Below are positions 25,903 to 39,425 of a DNA stretch of 64,000 nucleotides, piece by piece (positions within the stretch are counted from its first letter, which is position 1; every line of letters starts with the position of its first letter). The stretch spans positions 42,470,001-42,534,000 of the forward strand of contig OZ024741.1 of NCBI GenBank assembly GCA_964016885.1. The letters run 5' to 3'. The notes under the pieces were generated by a model. The model was given only the letters and a program-made list of their open reading frames with translations, made no database searches and was not told where the DNA came from. Both the position numbers and the translations under genes were made by a program. This DNA comes from Eledone cirrhosa. Lineage: Eukaryota.

Positions 25903-26836
25903 TTTTGCGAGATATTTGAAAACACACTGTACTAATAGGAAATGTATCATAAGTAAGGTAAACCCCCGGATAAACTGTAAAACTAGAAACGTAGTCTATA
26001 GCAGAAGATGTACAGAGGGTACTTGCAGAAACATGACAACAACATACATAGGCGAGACAGCTCGTAGCATAGGTGAGAGGATAGACCAACACTGGGAGGA
26101 ACTAAAAGGACGAAAAAACGGTTCAGTACTATACGAACATGCCAGACAACAACACGACGGTAACATAGACAACATAGAAATTAGAATAATATCTAAACAT
26201 AGAAATGACCCAGCAGATAGGCAAATCAGAGAGGCCAGTGAAATAGAACTTAGAAGGCCAAGGCTAAACAGAAAGAATGAATGGAATAACAACAACACCC
26301 AAACAAACAACACTGACCTAAGAGAAGTATAAAGAAATAAATAGATAAATAAATAAATAAATACATACACAAGCCCAATAACAACAAACACATAGAAACA
26401 CACACTAGTAAAGATAGAATACATTAACCAATACACAGTCACCCAATTACGAACACACATCAAACAAAATACTATACACACACGCAAACGCATGCGCAAA
26501 GAAGACAACATAAAATAAACTAATAAATAAATATATAAACAGACTAAATAAAGATGGCGTAGAAAATGCAATGCAACGGGAGGAAACAATAGCACCACTG
26601 ACGATGTTGCAGATGTGCAACGAAAGAACTTTGATAAACTATATATATGTGTTTGTGTCTATATTGTATCTGTATTATTTTTTACTGTTGGTCAGTCAAT
26701 GACAACACTGAGAACCGAATAAATTAGATTACCGATATAAAAGACAAAGAAGCGAAAAGCGAAAACCAACCAAACAGTGAGTGTGTTCTGTTATTAATTC
26801 TGGCAATATTACACAAATATGACCCTCCCCAAGTAT

Positions 26837-26842
<6 letters not shown>
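25898..26842 (+). mobile_element. Penelope-like element 3' end (GIY-YIG + terminal repeat), flanked by (TA)n
   Basis: CKTRNVVYSRRC..C..YIGETARSIGERIDQH..VLYEH..RQIREASEI..PRLN; 3' repeat shared with 40797-41558. Confidence 0.85.
26591..26636 (+). ncRNA. Possible hammerhead ribozyme in PLE terminal repeat (mutated paralog at ~41311-41356)
   Basis: CTGACGA-T-GTTGC AGATGT GCAAC-GAAA; stems I and III are weak. Confidence 0.5.
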
Positions 26843-26933
<91 letters not shown>

Positions 26934-26994
26934 ATATATTATATGTATGTATATATATATATATATATATTATATGTATGTATATATATATATG

Positions 26995-27075
<81 letters not shown>

Positions 27076-27227
27076 CTAAGAGTTAAACAAGGTTCAATGA
27101 ATATATCTAAGAATGAGTTTTACACACATACATGTGTGTGTATGTATTTATATGTATGTGTGTGTGTATATGTATATATATATATACATATATATATATG
27201 TATATATATATGTATATATATATGTAT

Positions 27228-29463
27228 GCGATTTGTCCAAGTCCACATTGGCACATTCGGGAAATCCAATCTGTACCTGTCAGACAGTTCAAAACGCCTG
27301 AGCAGGTTGGTGGGGCTCTTGCACCCTTCTCCCCTATCCGCTAATCCCACACAGTCCCACCGTGCATCTAAGATCCCGTTCCAGTCGCCCACTAACACTA
27401 AATTGTGGGGCGTTCCAAGAAAGGTCTCCAGACGCCGGAAGGAATCAGGCCGCCCTGCTCCTGTAGGGGCATAGACGGCCACTAGCCTGAAAGCTTGCCC
27501 GTCTCCGCTGGTCAGGTCCAGCACCACCAACTTACCTTCTGGGTCCGGGAACATGGCCCGTATGGCGAGATCCAAACCTCTCCGAAAAAGCACAGCAACT
27601 CCTCCCCCCGATCCAGGACGGCTGGGAGATGCGTATACATCGTAGCCGCCGAAGATCGGTGCGAAGGCTCGCGCTTCGGAGATTCTGGTCTCGCTGATGG
27701 ACACTACATCTATGTTTAGTGACCTGAGGTCGTTGAGCAGGTGGCCCTGCTTCCATGACGACCCCAACCACGCGCATTTATACTGCATATTCTGAGTGAG
27801 GTTATGTTGAAATGGAGTGGAAAAGATGGGAAAGACCACTTACCTTACTTCTCGTAGAGGAAGGATGGTTTCTCTATCCCTTTTCAGATGGTTTCTCTAT
27901 CCCTTTTGAGTGTCCCTCCTAGGTCTCTGAAATCACCAACTGCGTTGGGGAATTTTATTTTAATGTTTGTATATTGTTTCTGTGATATTCTTACCAGTCT
28001 TATGTTAGTTGGTGTTTTAATTGGTGCTGGTATTATGTAGTCGTGCTGTGAAATGTCTGTGTGTTCAATTATGTAAGTCATTAGTTTATTGTTGTGTGTA
28101 TTTATTGCTGTGCATTTCTTTATCTGGGGATGGGTGTGGTTCTGCTATTTTCTTGTTGTTGTTGCTGGGTGTGTGTGTTTTGTTGTTGTGTTTGCGGTGT
28201 TGGAGCTTGTGGTGGTGATGTTTAAAGTGTTGTTTTTGGCGGTGAGGTTGCCGCCTGTGGTGATGGTAGTGCTAGTGTGGGTGGCGATGGTGTTGGTAGT
28301 GTTGCCACTGTAAGTCTCTTTGCAGTAGCCTTCACCCTTTTTTCATTTCTTCCCTCCCTTTTCGAAGGCGACGATGCGCTGCTTCTGCGTTTGTGCCTAC
28401 TTGCGACCTTTTGCCATCCCTCTCCCTACGCACACTCCATGTCCTATTCTGTGAGGTCGGGGAGGGATACCAGCTCCACTATTTCACTTGTTGTTGTTGT
28501 TGATGTTTGCAGTGGAGTCACTGTTGCAGCTGCAGTTGGTATTACTGTTGTTGTTGTTAATACTTCTACTGCTGCTGCTGTTCTTGATTTCCGTGGCGTG
28601 GGTATGGGTGCCACAACCTATCCATCCTGCTTGCCGCCTGTCCTCTTGCCGGTAGCAGTGAAGCCGGTTTCGGAAGGAGTGGGGTTTTCTCCTTTCTCAG
28701 AGTCTTCTCATTGCAGAAGGCCCACAGCGAAAGCATTTCAGACGTTTGCCCTCAACAGTTATGGGAAGTTGAGTGCCGTTATCGAAGTCTATCACATCAG
28801 GGATTGCTTCGATGCACTCCTGGTTGGTTTGAATTAAACATCTCAATGGATGTGCGAGCCAATCTTCTAGTACTTTTTTCTGTACTTGCAGTACTGTTGT
28901 TTTGTCCTCGATTCCGACGAGGACAGATGCGGCCAGCCAAGAAAAGGGCCAGCTTGGGGGGACTTGGGTCAGTTTGACCCTCACAATTTTTTGCCTGCAG
29001 TAGGAGGGCACCAACACCATTTCCTCGCTCCTTAGGGTCACTAAGGATTGAGCCTTTGCTTCCTGGGGTGTGGCAAAAAACACGTCCATGGTGGCATATT
29101 TCTTGCCTCGGGTGATATGCGTCTTCCGCTGCCACACAGACCCTAAGGCTTTTTGTATTTGAGCCTCTGTGGCACTTTCAATCCTACGTGATTTTGTGCT
29201 TACTGTACGGTACGTGACCGTACAGTGTTGTTGGGTTTCGAAAAATTCTTCGGCTGCCTTGCAGATTGCTCGGTGTCCGGTTTCCGTCACCATCTTCCTT
29301 GCTTCCTGTAATTCCTCATTTGTTATAAGGATGGTTTCCAGGTTCTTTGCGATACCTGCAAACGAGATTGGTTTTTCTTTCTTGTTGTTGTCGTCAGAGT
29401 TGCTGTTACTTTTGTTGTTTCTGCTGGTACTACGACCGCCGCCGCCGTTGTTGCTGTTGTTGT

Positions 29464-29501
<38 letters not shown>

Positions 29502-30143
29502 TTGTTGTTGTTGTTGCTGCTGCTGCCGTTGTTGTTTATGCTGCTGCTGATGTTGTTGTGGCTGCTACTAGTATTTTCCTCGCCACTGTTGCTGCTGCTG
29601 CTGTTATTACGGCTGCTGCTGCTATTCTTCATGAGGTCAGACGAATGAAATGGCTTTCCGTATTTACCGCACACATCTTTCGTCGTCATCGTCGTCGTCG
29701 TGTAGAAATGTTCCACGGTACGCGCGTTCTCTTGATGAAGAACGCTACGAGAAACTACATTTTTCTTTTTCTTTATTGGCGTCGCTTGCGAAAGAGGCGA
29801 CAGAGTCGACACCACATTTAGAGAAGGGAGGGAGAGAAACAATCTTTTCTCTGACGTAACGACGATTGGGGAAGAAGAAGACGGAAGGAGTGGGAGTGAC
29901 TTGTGAAAATTCTTTTTTGTAGCCATGTTGTTTTTACGGTTTACAATGAATATTGGGCACAAATCCCCAATAACTGGTTATTTAACCCCGAAGGGCCAAA
30001 TAACGGACAGAAAGACCCCTCTCACGAGGAGGAGGGTGTCTTTATCTACAATTTGGTTCAAGTTTTAAACAATTTACAATTGTTATAAGGGTTAAAAATT
30101 ACAATACATTACAGAGCCGAGCCTTCGTCAACCATGGCATTCA
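27228..30143 (-). mobile_element. Tx1 LINE 5' half (5' UTR, ORF1, N-terminal APE domain), broken after WTWTNRI
   Basis: Colinear with 3376-6300; begins directly in the (ATT)n tail of the SINE at 30161-30365. Confidence 0.92.
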
Positions 30144-30160
30144 ATAATAATAATAATAAT

Positions 30161-30365
30161 AATAATTGTTTCTAATTTAGGCCATCAATTTGAAGGGAAG
30201 GGGAAAGTTGATTAAATCGACCCTAGTGCATTACTGGTGCTTTATTTTATCGACCCCATAAGAATGAAAGGCAAAGCTAACATCGGCGAAAGTTGAACTC
30301 AGAATGTAAATGGACTTAACTCTATGTTGCAAAGCATGGTGTCCGAGCGATGCTGCCAATTCCAA
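30161..30365 (-). mobile_element. tRNA-derived SINE whose (ATT)n tail hosts the Tx1 insertion
   Basis: Conserved core and AGAAACAATTATTATT end. Confidence 0.82.
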
Positions 30366-30439
30366 TAAGGCTTTCTTTATTAGCCACATTAAGCTACATT
30401 AAGAGGGCAATAAAGACGGTACAGGACAATAATATGAAT

Positions 30440-30790
30440 AATAAATGTAGAGCCAAAGTGCTGACGTTCTCAACCAGGTACTAAACTTCTGGGATATGCT
30501 TATGTAAACTGACGAAGAAAACCACCAGGACAAAATAATAGAAGACTCGAAAAAATATATCTACATTGATAGACATTGCATTTCCGTCTGACAAAAATAT
30601 TGCTTGAAAAGAAGTGAAAAAACTGTCAGAATACAAACATCTGGAATTCGAAATGTACAAGATAGAATGGGACATGAAGGTAAAATGAATACCAATAATA
30701 ATCATAGTACCAGTGAACAGAACACTAACCACTATACACGAACTAGTTTTGCTATAAACAGCCCACATCCTACACAAGACGTTATTGATT
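30440..30790 (+). mobile_element. Decayed restriction-like endonuclease domain of an R4/Dong-like LINE
   Basis: FWDM...TD, LIDIAFPSDKNIA*KEVKKLSEYKHLEFE..IPIIIV resemble the RLE PD..D / E..K..KY motifs. Confidence 0.55.
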
Positions 30791-31249
30791 CAATAAAATG
30801 ATTCAAATAGAACAATTCTCACATATACAGCAGGTGTCTCTGGCTCTTCCCTGCAGTAACACTTTTGCAGCTTTGTCCGCCTGCGTGGTGCGACTGAGAT
30901 ACTGTCGAGGTGCCACTCAAACTGGGGTGTAGTGACTGCCCCCCCCCCCCTCCTTTCTTTCGTTGCTTGATCCTTCTTTCCTTTTTATTGTTCCTTTTCT
31001 GTTCCCTTTAATAGTGAGTTTTATATTCTCAGATATTACTCAATATGTTCATTAATTAACAATAGTTTTTTTTTAGAGCTGAATTCAAACCCTTTTTATC
31101 TTGTGAACTTGATGTAAATGAATGATTAGTAAACTCTCAAATAAAAGAAACACACACACACACCATATAATAAAAACCTAATAAAATAAACAACAGAAGT
31201 CACACAACGTACTGTATGATTTTAATACCTAATAAAATAAAATTTGGGT

Positions 31250-31733
31250 AATGACCGAAATTATACGACTGCAAATGCAACCGGCCGAAATGGTGTTGCT
31301 CCGAAGGGTTTTTGGAGTAACGTTACTCGATAAAGTGCTTAGCTCGGATATCAGAGTGTCACTCCAGGTAGAGCCGTTACTTCTCTGAATTGAGAGATCA
31401 CAGCTCCAATACTATGGACATGTGGTTAGAAGTTCTCAGGAATGAATCACTGGATGGATTTTATAGTAAAACCAACAGGCAGGAGACCCAGGTGTAGATC
31501 CCAAACAAGATGGTTCGATAACATCCAGGAGCTTGGCTGGTCTCACTTGGGGGATCTAGCCGGATCTGTTGGAGACGGCTGTTTGTAATAGAACTCTCTA
31601 GGAGGAGAGTTTGAGGACTCAGCCACCATGGCCCTCTCAGGAATAAGTGGGCGGCGACGAAGAAGAAGAAGAAGAAGAAGAAGAAGAAGAAGAAGAAGAA
31701 GAAGAAGAAGAAGAAGAAGAAGAAGAAGAAGAA
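31250..31733 (+). mobile_element. RTE-group LINE 3' fragment with (GAA)n tail
   Basis: AEMVLLRRVFGVTLLDKV..DIRVSLQVEPLLL.IERSQLQYYGHVVR; (GAA)n at 31658-31733. Confidence 0.7.
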
Positions 31734-31871
31734 GACAACTGCACAAACAAAAAAAAGACAACGAATTAAATCTGATATAATGCAGTACACCTAGAAAAAT
31801 AATAACACGATGCTGCACACATTCCAGGATCACGGCCGGGCACCAAATGATGCAGTAGAAACTCGCATGAA

Positions 31872-31934
<63 letters not shown>

Positions 31935-32006
31935 GCTGCTGCTACTACTACTACTACTACTACCACCAACACCGCTACCACTACTACTACTATTACCACC
32001 ACCACC

Positions 32007-32069
<63 letters not shown>

Positions 32070-32159
32070 GCCGCCGCCGCTGCCGCCACCACCACCACCA
32101 CCACCACCACCACCACCACCACCACCACCACCACCACCACCAACACCACCACCACCACC

Positions 32160-32192
<33 letters not shown>
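31872..32192. repeat. Compound (CTA)n/(CCA)n trinucleotide repeat
   Basis: Direct reading. Confidence 0.97.
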
Positions 32193-32329
32193 TGCACTAT
32201 TGAAAATGCCTTTTCTCTGTTACTTTTCCTCTTATTTTAGTCAGTCAGTGTAGTCCCACACGCCCTCATCAACACCAACGACCTCATCCATCTTCCGCAA
32301 AACACTCCAGGAGTCAGAATGTCTCTGCC

Positions 32330-33030
32330 CATTCTCATTTTCCTTTTCAAATTGTACTTAATGACCGTTTGACCGAAAAGAAAATGTCTGTTTCACTCGT
32401 GTCCTCCACATAACGTTTCTCACAGCCATTTTGCCGACAAAACTATGCCGCCCTGCTATGCCGAAGGAAGGAGGCAATTCAATTGTTACTATAGATTCGA
32501 CTGGCATCTGGATGCATTCCACCAGCGATAATGCATGCACAATGAATGATACGGCTCAGTCGTCTTGCGTACGTCTTGGATAGGTTCGGCTGTTGGAACC
32601 TCCATTCGCGTGGAGCTTGTTACGCACAGATACTGCTCCTGTGTCGTACTTCCAAGCCAAGAATCTTTGGAAATGGTCTATGGTCCTTGACCTGAATGTC
32701 ACCCAGAAGTTTCTGCTCAAACTGTTCTCATCTATACCCAGAATTGATCTTAGACCATCATCACTCATTCCTTCCAATAATCCTCTATAGAAAGTAAATT
32801 TAGTTTTATGACTGCTGATTGATTTCTCTAGTTGTTAGAGTGTAGTGAGTGTCTAGCAACATTCTAGACGCGTTTGATTCAAGGTTGAAACTACCAAGGC
32901 AACGAATTGCGAAACAACATGTTTGACAAAAGACGCCCACTTCGTTATCGTTGCCGGAGTCAAGGTATTTCTGCAGACGCAGCAGTCTCGGGGAATGTTT
33001 GCGAAGTATCAGTTCACACACTCTGAAAGA
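32330..33030 (-). mobile_element. Old, diverged Tx1 ORF2 C-terminal remnant
   Basis: EGMSDDGLRSILGIDEN..IDHFQRFLAW..GAVSVRNKLH resembles EGKSDDVLGETLGVDEN..MDNFQKSLAW..GALPVRHKLY. Confidence 0.75.
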
Positions 33031-34011
33031 GGGATGATGTTGTCAGGTATATTGTTTCTAAGTTAGACATTGCTACTTAATTTATCGATCTCGGAGAGAT
33101 GTAATATTTATTTTGGTGGGATTAGACTTGACAGTGAATTAGCTATACCAAATAAGAAAAAGCACAAATTTGAACTTCATAGAGTTTTATCAGAAACAGA
33201 TAAAGATATAAGTATTACGAGGATAAGCAAAATATCGTAGGTTGCAGGAAAAAAGATACTAAATTAAATTAAAAGAAAACTCTCAGCCATTAGTGAGATC
33301 AACAACGAAAGAACAACACGCCTAATTGAGAAGAAAAATGTGACAAATCTTACAGAAATATGACAGCAAAACACAAAAAGAAACACTTGATATCGAAGAA
33401 CGTTAGAAAAATGGAGTGTTGGCTAAATCGTAAAGAAGAATTTTGAAGAGCTGTGACCGTTTAAACCATAAGTTATTGTAACATCTGCTTTTTATTCTAG
33501 ATGTGGAGGGTAAGACCATTGAAAAACTAACAACAACATATCTCTCAGCCCTTCTCTTTTCCTCCTGTTTTCCCCCTCTCTCTATCTATCTCTCCCCATC
33601 TCTCTCTCTCACACACATATGTATATATTTGCATATTAAAAGTGAAAACCCTAATGAAATTTACATAGAGTGGTTTTCTAATATCTATTCTGTTGTTCAG
33701 ACATTCATTATTCAATTAAAAAAGCCCCCGACGAATGCACCTTATGCAAACGCGCGTCCTAGTTTGTGTTTGAAAAAACAGCCTTTAATGATAGCATTCC
33801 TGTACATAGAAGGGTCAAAGGAATGTTTTTAAATGGTGAACATCTACTTAGAGATAAAACGTATAGGCAATATTTTATGATTTTCCATGAAGAGACTATA
33901 ATATTTTTCACACTTGCTAACATTTTCACACCGAGTCTTATATACTGCAATCATACTTACACTGCATTTATCATATTATATCCTAATATATATATATATA
34001 TATATACATAC

Positions 34012-34085
<74 letters not shown>

Positions 34086-34270
34086 AAGTATGACCCCGAC
34101 GGCAGAGCTCAAGCCGTTTCGACGGCTATTTCAGTCTAGAAATAGCCGTTGAAACGGCTTGAGCTCTGCCGTCGGGGTCATACTTTTTTCTATTTCCCAC
34201 TCTACTATCCTAAGTATTGAGTACTCCGGTGCGTTATGGTCCATCTGGTTCCTTACCACAATTCCTTTGT

Positions 34271-34326
<56 letters not shown>

Positions 34327-34340
34327 CATATATCTATATG

Positions 34341-34375
<35 letters not shown>

Positions 34376-34679
34376 CAGGTCACCACTTGGTGCTACTGGT
34401 AACATGTATCCCAGTACAACCTGTCTCATGGTCGGGTCGTTGGCGACTAAACTGGCAACCCCACCAAGGTTTCTTGGTGAGGAGGGTGATTTTGGACATC
34501 CTGCAGGACTAAAAACAAAACCTGTCAAAGGGCTAAGGAGCTCTTAAGAGTCAATGGCCATCCAAAATCACCGGGAGAGATGACCCCTTAGCCTTTGTCA
34601 AGGCAGAATTCTAGGAGAAGGAAAACTCTGATATAACACCTGCAACCCTGATGGTATCCAATGATGTTGACTTGTTCTT

Positions 34680-34979
34680 CTTTTTGGTAAATATCATCTT
34701 GGTTAAGAGAGTGGGACTGGCTTTGTGCAGTGCCTTTGCTCACTATAAAAGCTTCACGGCACAGGCATTGCTTTATATCTGGAGATCTCTCTGCACTTGT
34801 CCTCACATGGTACCATGGGCCCAGCACTATGTGTCAATAATTGTCACAAGTGTAGTGTTTGTACCAGAGTTTTCAAGTCGCTGGCTGGACTAAAAAGTCA
34901 CACTCGTTCAGCGCATTGGTAGGAGTTCTCCTACATGGATATAAAGTAGTGGCCGTACTCGAAAACGAGTTGGCAGCCA

Positions 34980-34982
<3 letters not shown>
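34680..34982 (-). repeat. Unclassified interspersed repeat; second copy at 51188-51490 (+)
   Basis: Both copies begin at the identical point TGGTGGCTGCCAACTCG next to a microsatellite and are highly similar. Confidence 0.8.
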
Positions 34983-35019
<37 letters not shown>

Positions 35020-35023
35020 GAAG

Positions 35024-35074
35024 AGCTTCTACAGGACTAGAACTGTATCATTCGTGAGAAATCATCAGGAAGCT
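35024..35074 (-). ncRNA. Hammerhead ribozyme, core-mutated (GAUA for GAAA)
   Basis: AGCTTC-CTGATGA-T-TTC TCAC GAA-T-GAT-ACAG TTCTAGTC CTGT-A-GAAGCT. Confidence 0.6.
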
Positions 35075-35294
35075 GGCTTTCCAAGTAAATGGTAGTATTT
35101 CTGTCTTTCTTTATCTGTTGGTAGGGGAGGGTGGGGATTGGGATGGGTGTAGGTCATTGGTTGAAGGATTTAAAGAAAAGGGAGTTCATTAAAAGCTAAT
35201 TCTTTAAAGCTATAATATTAACAAAGGCAGACAGAATACTGTAAACAAGATCAAATTTGGAATACCAATCCTTGTTTATCACTTAAAGTAACAC

Positions 35295-36165
35295 TGCCAG
35301 TAAGGTTTATACCGAGACGACGGCCTCTTCGCCTTGCACAAGGTCAACCCCAGAACCACTGATGGGTTTCGGAGAAACTTAAGCTCGTTCTTCTGTAATC
35401 TCGGATTTAGTATAACTATAGAATCTAATATGACTAGGGCCAACTTTTTAGATGTCACTCTCGACCTAGATACTCCCCTCTATTACCCGTACAGCAAACC
35501 TAACGAATCCCTTAGATATATTAATGTTAATTCTAACCACCCCAAAACATCACTGATAACTTAGTAAAAAGCGTCTCAATTAGAATCTCCGGTCTCTCGG
35601 CCAATAAAGATATATTTAATGCCTCCACCTCCTACTACAATAACGCCGTCACCCGCAGCGGATTTAAAGAAAAGATAACCTACCTAGAAACCACGGCATA
35701 GGAGGAATAGGCATAGGCAGATTAGTTGGTACAACCCCCGCTTCAATAGAAAGGTCTTTACACCTATAGCTGACTTTCTTCACTTTGCTGAACACACACT
35801 TCCCCATACAACATAGGTACTACACCATCTTCAATAAGAACACAATAAAACTCTCCTACTCCACTACACCTAACCTAGCTAAGAATATAGCCAATCTCAA
35901 TTCTAAAAAATTAAATTAGCCAACCACCACCGAACCCAATCCCCGGACCGAGGCCTTGTGCAACTGCCTAAATAAGGAAGCCTGCCCACTTGAAAACAAA
36001 TGCCTGATAAATGACATCGTATGCAAATGTGATGTCATCTCAGGCACCGATGATAGCAACAACAAAAAGACTTACATCGGCATGACTTCCAATAATTTGA
36101 AGACCCGGTGGTATGCCCATACCCACTCTTTCAGAAGACCGGACAAATCAAATCAGGAAGAGTAG
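35295..36165 (+). mobile_element. Decayed Penelope-like element (RT C-terminus + GIY-YIG)
   Basis: LYRDDGL, ANFLDVTLDL, SNHP, WYNP, CNCLNKEACPLENKCL..YIGMTSNNLKTRWYAH. Confidence 0.85.
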
Positions 36166-36403
36166 TGAGCTTTGATAAGTATCAACAAGTACGAAACAGA
36201 GCTCTGTCAGCTTCTCTCCCCTGTTTGCTGAAAATTTAAATAAGTGACATTGTCACTACTTTAAGACAATCGCGTATGGTCTTCAAAATGCTTTTAATTA
36301 AACATACAGTGTATTGCAAAATATACTATATACACGTTCATATATACATATCGGTATTTCAGAGCACCAATTCTAATATTCAATATATATATATATATAT
36401 ACT

Positions 36404-36456
<53 letters not shown>

Positions 36457-36457
36457 T

Positions 36458-36528
<71 letters not shown>

Positions 36529-36589
36529 ATATATATATATATACACACAAACATATATATATATATATATATTCTAAGGAAAAAGTTTT

Positions 36590-36759
36590 TCTTCCTCTTC
36601 TCACTATGTTTTTGTTTATTCTTCTATTTCTCATCATATCTTCTGGTGAAGGACTAGTGTCCGAAACGTTCATACCCTTTTTCTACTATATGAAGCATTA
36701 AGCTAATATATATTTCATCGTATTGTCATGCTTGCTTTGGCGTATCCATTTACCTTTTG

Positions 36760-36815
<56 letters not shown>

Positions 36816-37303
36816 AGAGAGAGAGAGAGCTCAAGTATACCTCCTTTTACAAAACAGTCTTTTTTTTTCATTTCAGGTAGACGCGCTCCATCATCCACTT
36901 TTCTAAAAAACAAATCATACACAAAACGCCAGCACCAACAGTTTTGCAAGAGATGTCAACATGACTGGACCTGTTATTTTTATCTAAAGACATTTTTTTT
37001 CAATTCCATCCCGCCGTCCCCTCAATCTATTTTATTTCTTATTCTTTCTTCTGATGAAGGACTAGCGTCCGAAACGTTAAGATCCTCTTTCTGCTATATC
37101 AAGCGTTAACCTAATATATACCTTCCATATACTGTACCGATTGTGTTGTTATTTCTGTTTACCCTTTACACACACACACGCATATATATATATATACATA
37201 TATAATTAGAGTGGAATATTCCATTATTGTTTTAGTAAGGTGCATCAAGTATACACACACACACACACACACACATACAAACACACACACACACACGCAC
37301 ACA

Positions 37304-37340
<37 letters not shown>

Positions 37341-37600
37341 ACACACACACACACACACTCACACACACACACACGCACACATATGGCAACATGATTGGAC
37401 CTGTTAATTTTCTCTAAAACACTTTTTTCTAATTCCACGCCGCCCGTCCCTTCAATTTTTCTAATTTCTCATTCTTTCCTCTGCTGAAGGACTATCGTCC
37501 GAAACGTTAAGTCTCTTTTCCTGCTATTTCAAGCGTTAACCTAATATATTCCTTCCATACACTCTACCGATTGCGTGGTTATTCCTGTTTACCTTTCGCA
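36590..37600 (+). repeat. Three tandem hammerhead-containing units (~410-430 bp period) separated by microsatellites
   Basis: Cores CTGGTGA (36643), CTGATGA (37051), CTGCTGA (37481), each followed by AGGAC-loop-GTCC-GAAACGTT; relics at ~12800 and ~13965. Confidence 0.82.
37047..37082 (+). ncRNA. Minimal type I hammerhead ribozyme, intact core
   Basis: TCTT-CTGATGA-A-GGAC TAGC GTCC-GAA-ACGT-T-AAGA; palindromic ACGT stem III. Confidence 0.78.
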
Positions 37601-37737
37601 CACACACACAGACACACACACATATATATATATATATATAATAGAACATCAGTAAGTATTGCCTTGACAAAATGTATCCAATACCATGCGTATGCATATA
37701 AGTATACATACAAGGTAAGGAAATCGTAATATAAGTA

Positions 37738-38215
37738 ACTCGAGAGCCGGTGGGGCTGGATCGAGGGACGGCAAAAGGCCAGATGGCATGACTATCTTCC
37801 CGTTCCGCGGTGGCAAACTCCTCGTCTGGGATGCCACTTGCACCGACACTTTCTGCAGCCGCAACCTGGTGCAGTCTACGACTGACCCAGGTTCTGCTGC
37901 ACGTCGGGCTGAAGAGGCCAAACTCCTCAAATACCGCTCGCTCTCCGAAAGGTTTGCGGTCATACCCATGGCAGTGGAGACTTCTGGTGTCCTCGGCCCT
38001 AGGGCTACCTCCTTACTCACCACCATAGGCGCTGAACTGGCAAGCCGCATATGTGAGCCCCGCGAGTTGGAGTGGCTCTTCCAGCGCGTCTCCCTCGCCG
38101 TCCTCCGGGTAAACGCCTCCATTCTGTCTGCCGGGGCTGTTGGTGGGCCCAATCGCGTACCGTTGTAGTTGTTGTAGAAGAAACAGGAAGACAACATCTA
38201 ATCTAATATATATTT
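37738..38215 (+). mobile_element. 5'-truncated CRE-clade LINE (restriction-like endonuclease domain)
   Basis: KRPDGMTIFPFRGGKLLVWDATC..AEEAKLLKY..PMAVETSGVLGP..LFQRVSLAVLRVNA; GC-rich island. Confidence 0.8.
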
Positions 38216-38268
38216 GTATTCAGTAAATGAACTTACATGAAGATGGTAAAAAAGAAAACCATTCCTAC

Positions 38269-38357
38269 TTCTATACAGCTGTTTCAGGGCCTAAGAGATA
38301 TAATGCTATTATTAAATAATAGACACCTTAAAGATATCAGAATCATCATCAGTTGAA
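38269..38357 (-). ncRNA. Probable degenerate hammerhead with long stem II
   Basis: TTCAA-CTGATGA...GAA-ACAGCTGT-A-TAGAA; palindromic stem III; stem II contains CTATTA/TAATAG. Confidence 0.55.
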
Positions 38358-38622
38358 TATGTTTTACTAAACGCACAAGAAACGACTAACCACCGTAGAT
38401 TCAAGCTTGAGTGTAAAAGTGCATGTGAACGGAGTTGAAGCATAAGGACATGGCGAAAGAAATGTTAGAAAAGCACCGCTTTAGGTCCAATAAGCCAGCT
38501 CCAGTAAATTTCAATGTTAGGAACAGAATTTCATATACTAATGTTTTGATCAATATATAAAATACTAATCATATTGTCTGACTAATGTTTAGGCCAACAG
38601 GAGTGCTAGAGAGAGGTTCACG

Positions 38623-39425
38623 TTAGAACCTTAAACCAGCTCTACTAATTTAGAACCTTAAGCCAGCTCTACTAATTTAGAACTTTAGAACCTTAAACCT
38701 GCTCTACTAATTTTGAACCATAAGCCAGCTCTACTAATTTAGAACTTTAAGCCAGCTCTACTAATTTAGAACTTTAAGTCACCTCTACTAATTTAGAACT
38801 TTAAGCCAGCTCTACTAATTTAGAACTTTAAGTCACCTCTACTAATTTAGAACCTTAAGCCAGATCTACAAATTTAGAACTTTAAGTCACCTCTACTAAT
38901 TTAGAACTTTAAGTCACCTCTACTAATTTAGAACTTTAAACCTGCTCTACTAATTTAGAACCTTAAGCCAGCTCTACTAATTTAGAACTTTAAGGCAGCT
39001 CTACTAATTTAGAACCTTAAACCAGCTATAATAATTTAGAACCTTAAGCCAGCTCTACTAATTAGAAGCTTACACCACTTCTACTAATTTAGAACCTTAA
39101 GCCAGTTCTATTAATTTAGAACCTTAAGCCAGATCTACAAATTTAGAACTTTAAGCCAGCTCTACTAATTGGAACCTTATGCCAGCGCTACTAATTTAGA
39201 AACTTAAGCCAGCTCTACTAATTTAAAACTTTAAACCAGCTCTTCTAATTTAGATAGAACCTTAAGCCAGCTCTATTAATTTAGAACCTTAAACTGGCTC
39301 TTCTAATTTAGAACTTTAAACCAGCTCTACTAATTTAGAACTTTAAACCAGCTCTATTAATTTAGAACCTTAAGCCAGCTCTACTAATTTGAAATTTAAG
39401 CCAGCTCTACTAATTTGAAATTTAA
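38623..39425. repeat. 27-bp minisatellite (TTAGAACCTTAAGCCAGCTCTACTAAT), roughly 29 copies
   Basis: Direct reading; head-to-tail units with no unique spacers. Confidence 0.97.

Noticed and set aside
31766-32253. Poly-Leu/Pro or poly-Val ORFs
   Set aside because: Trinucleotide repeat translation
38623-39425. CRISPR-like array
   Set aside because: Units are contiguous with no unique spacers, there are no cas genes, and the context is eukaryotic
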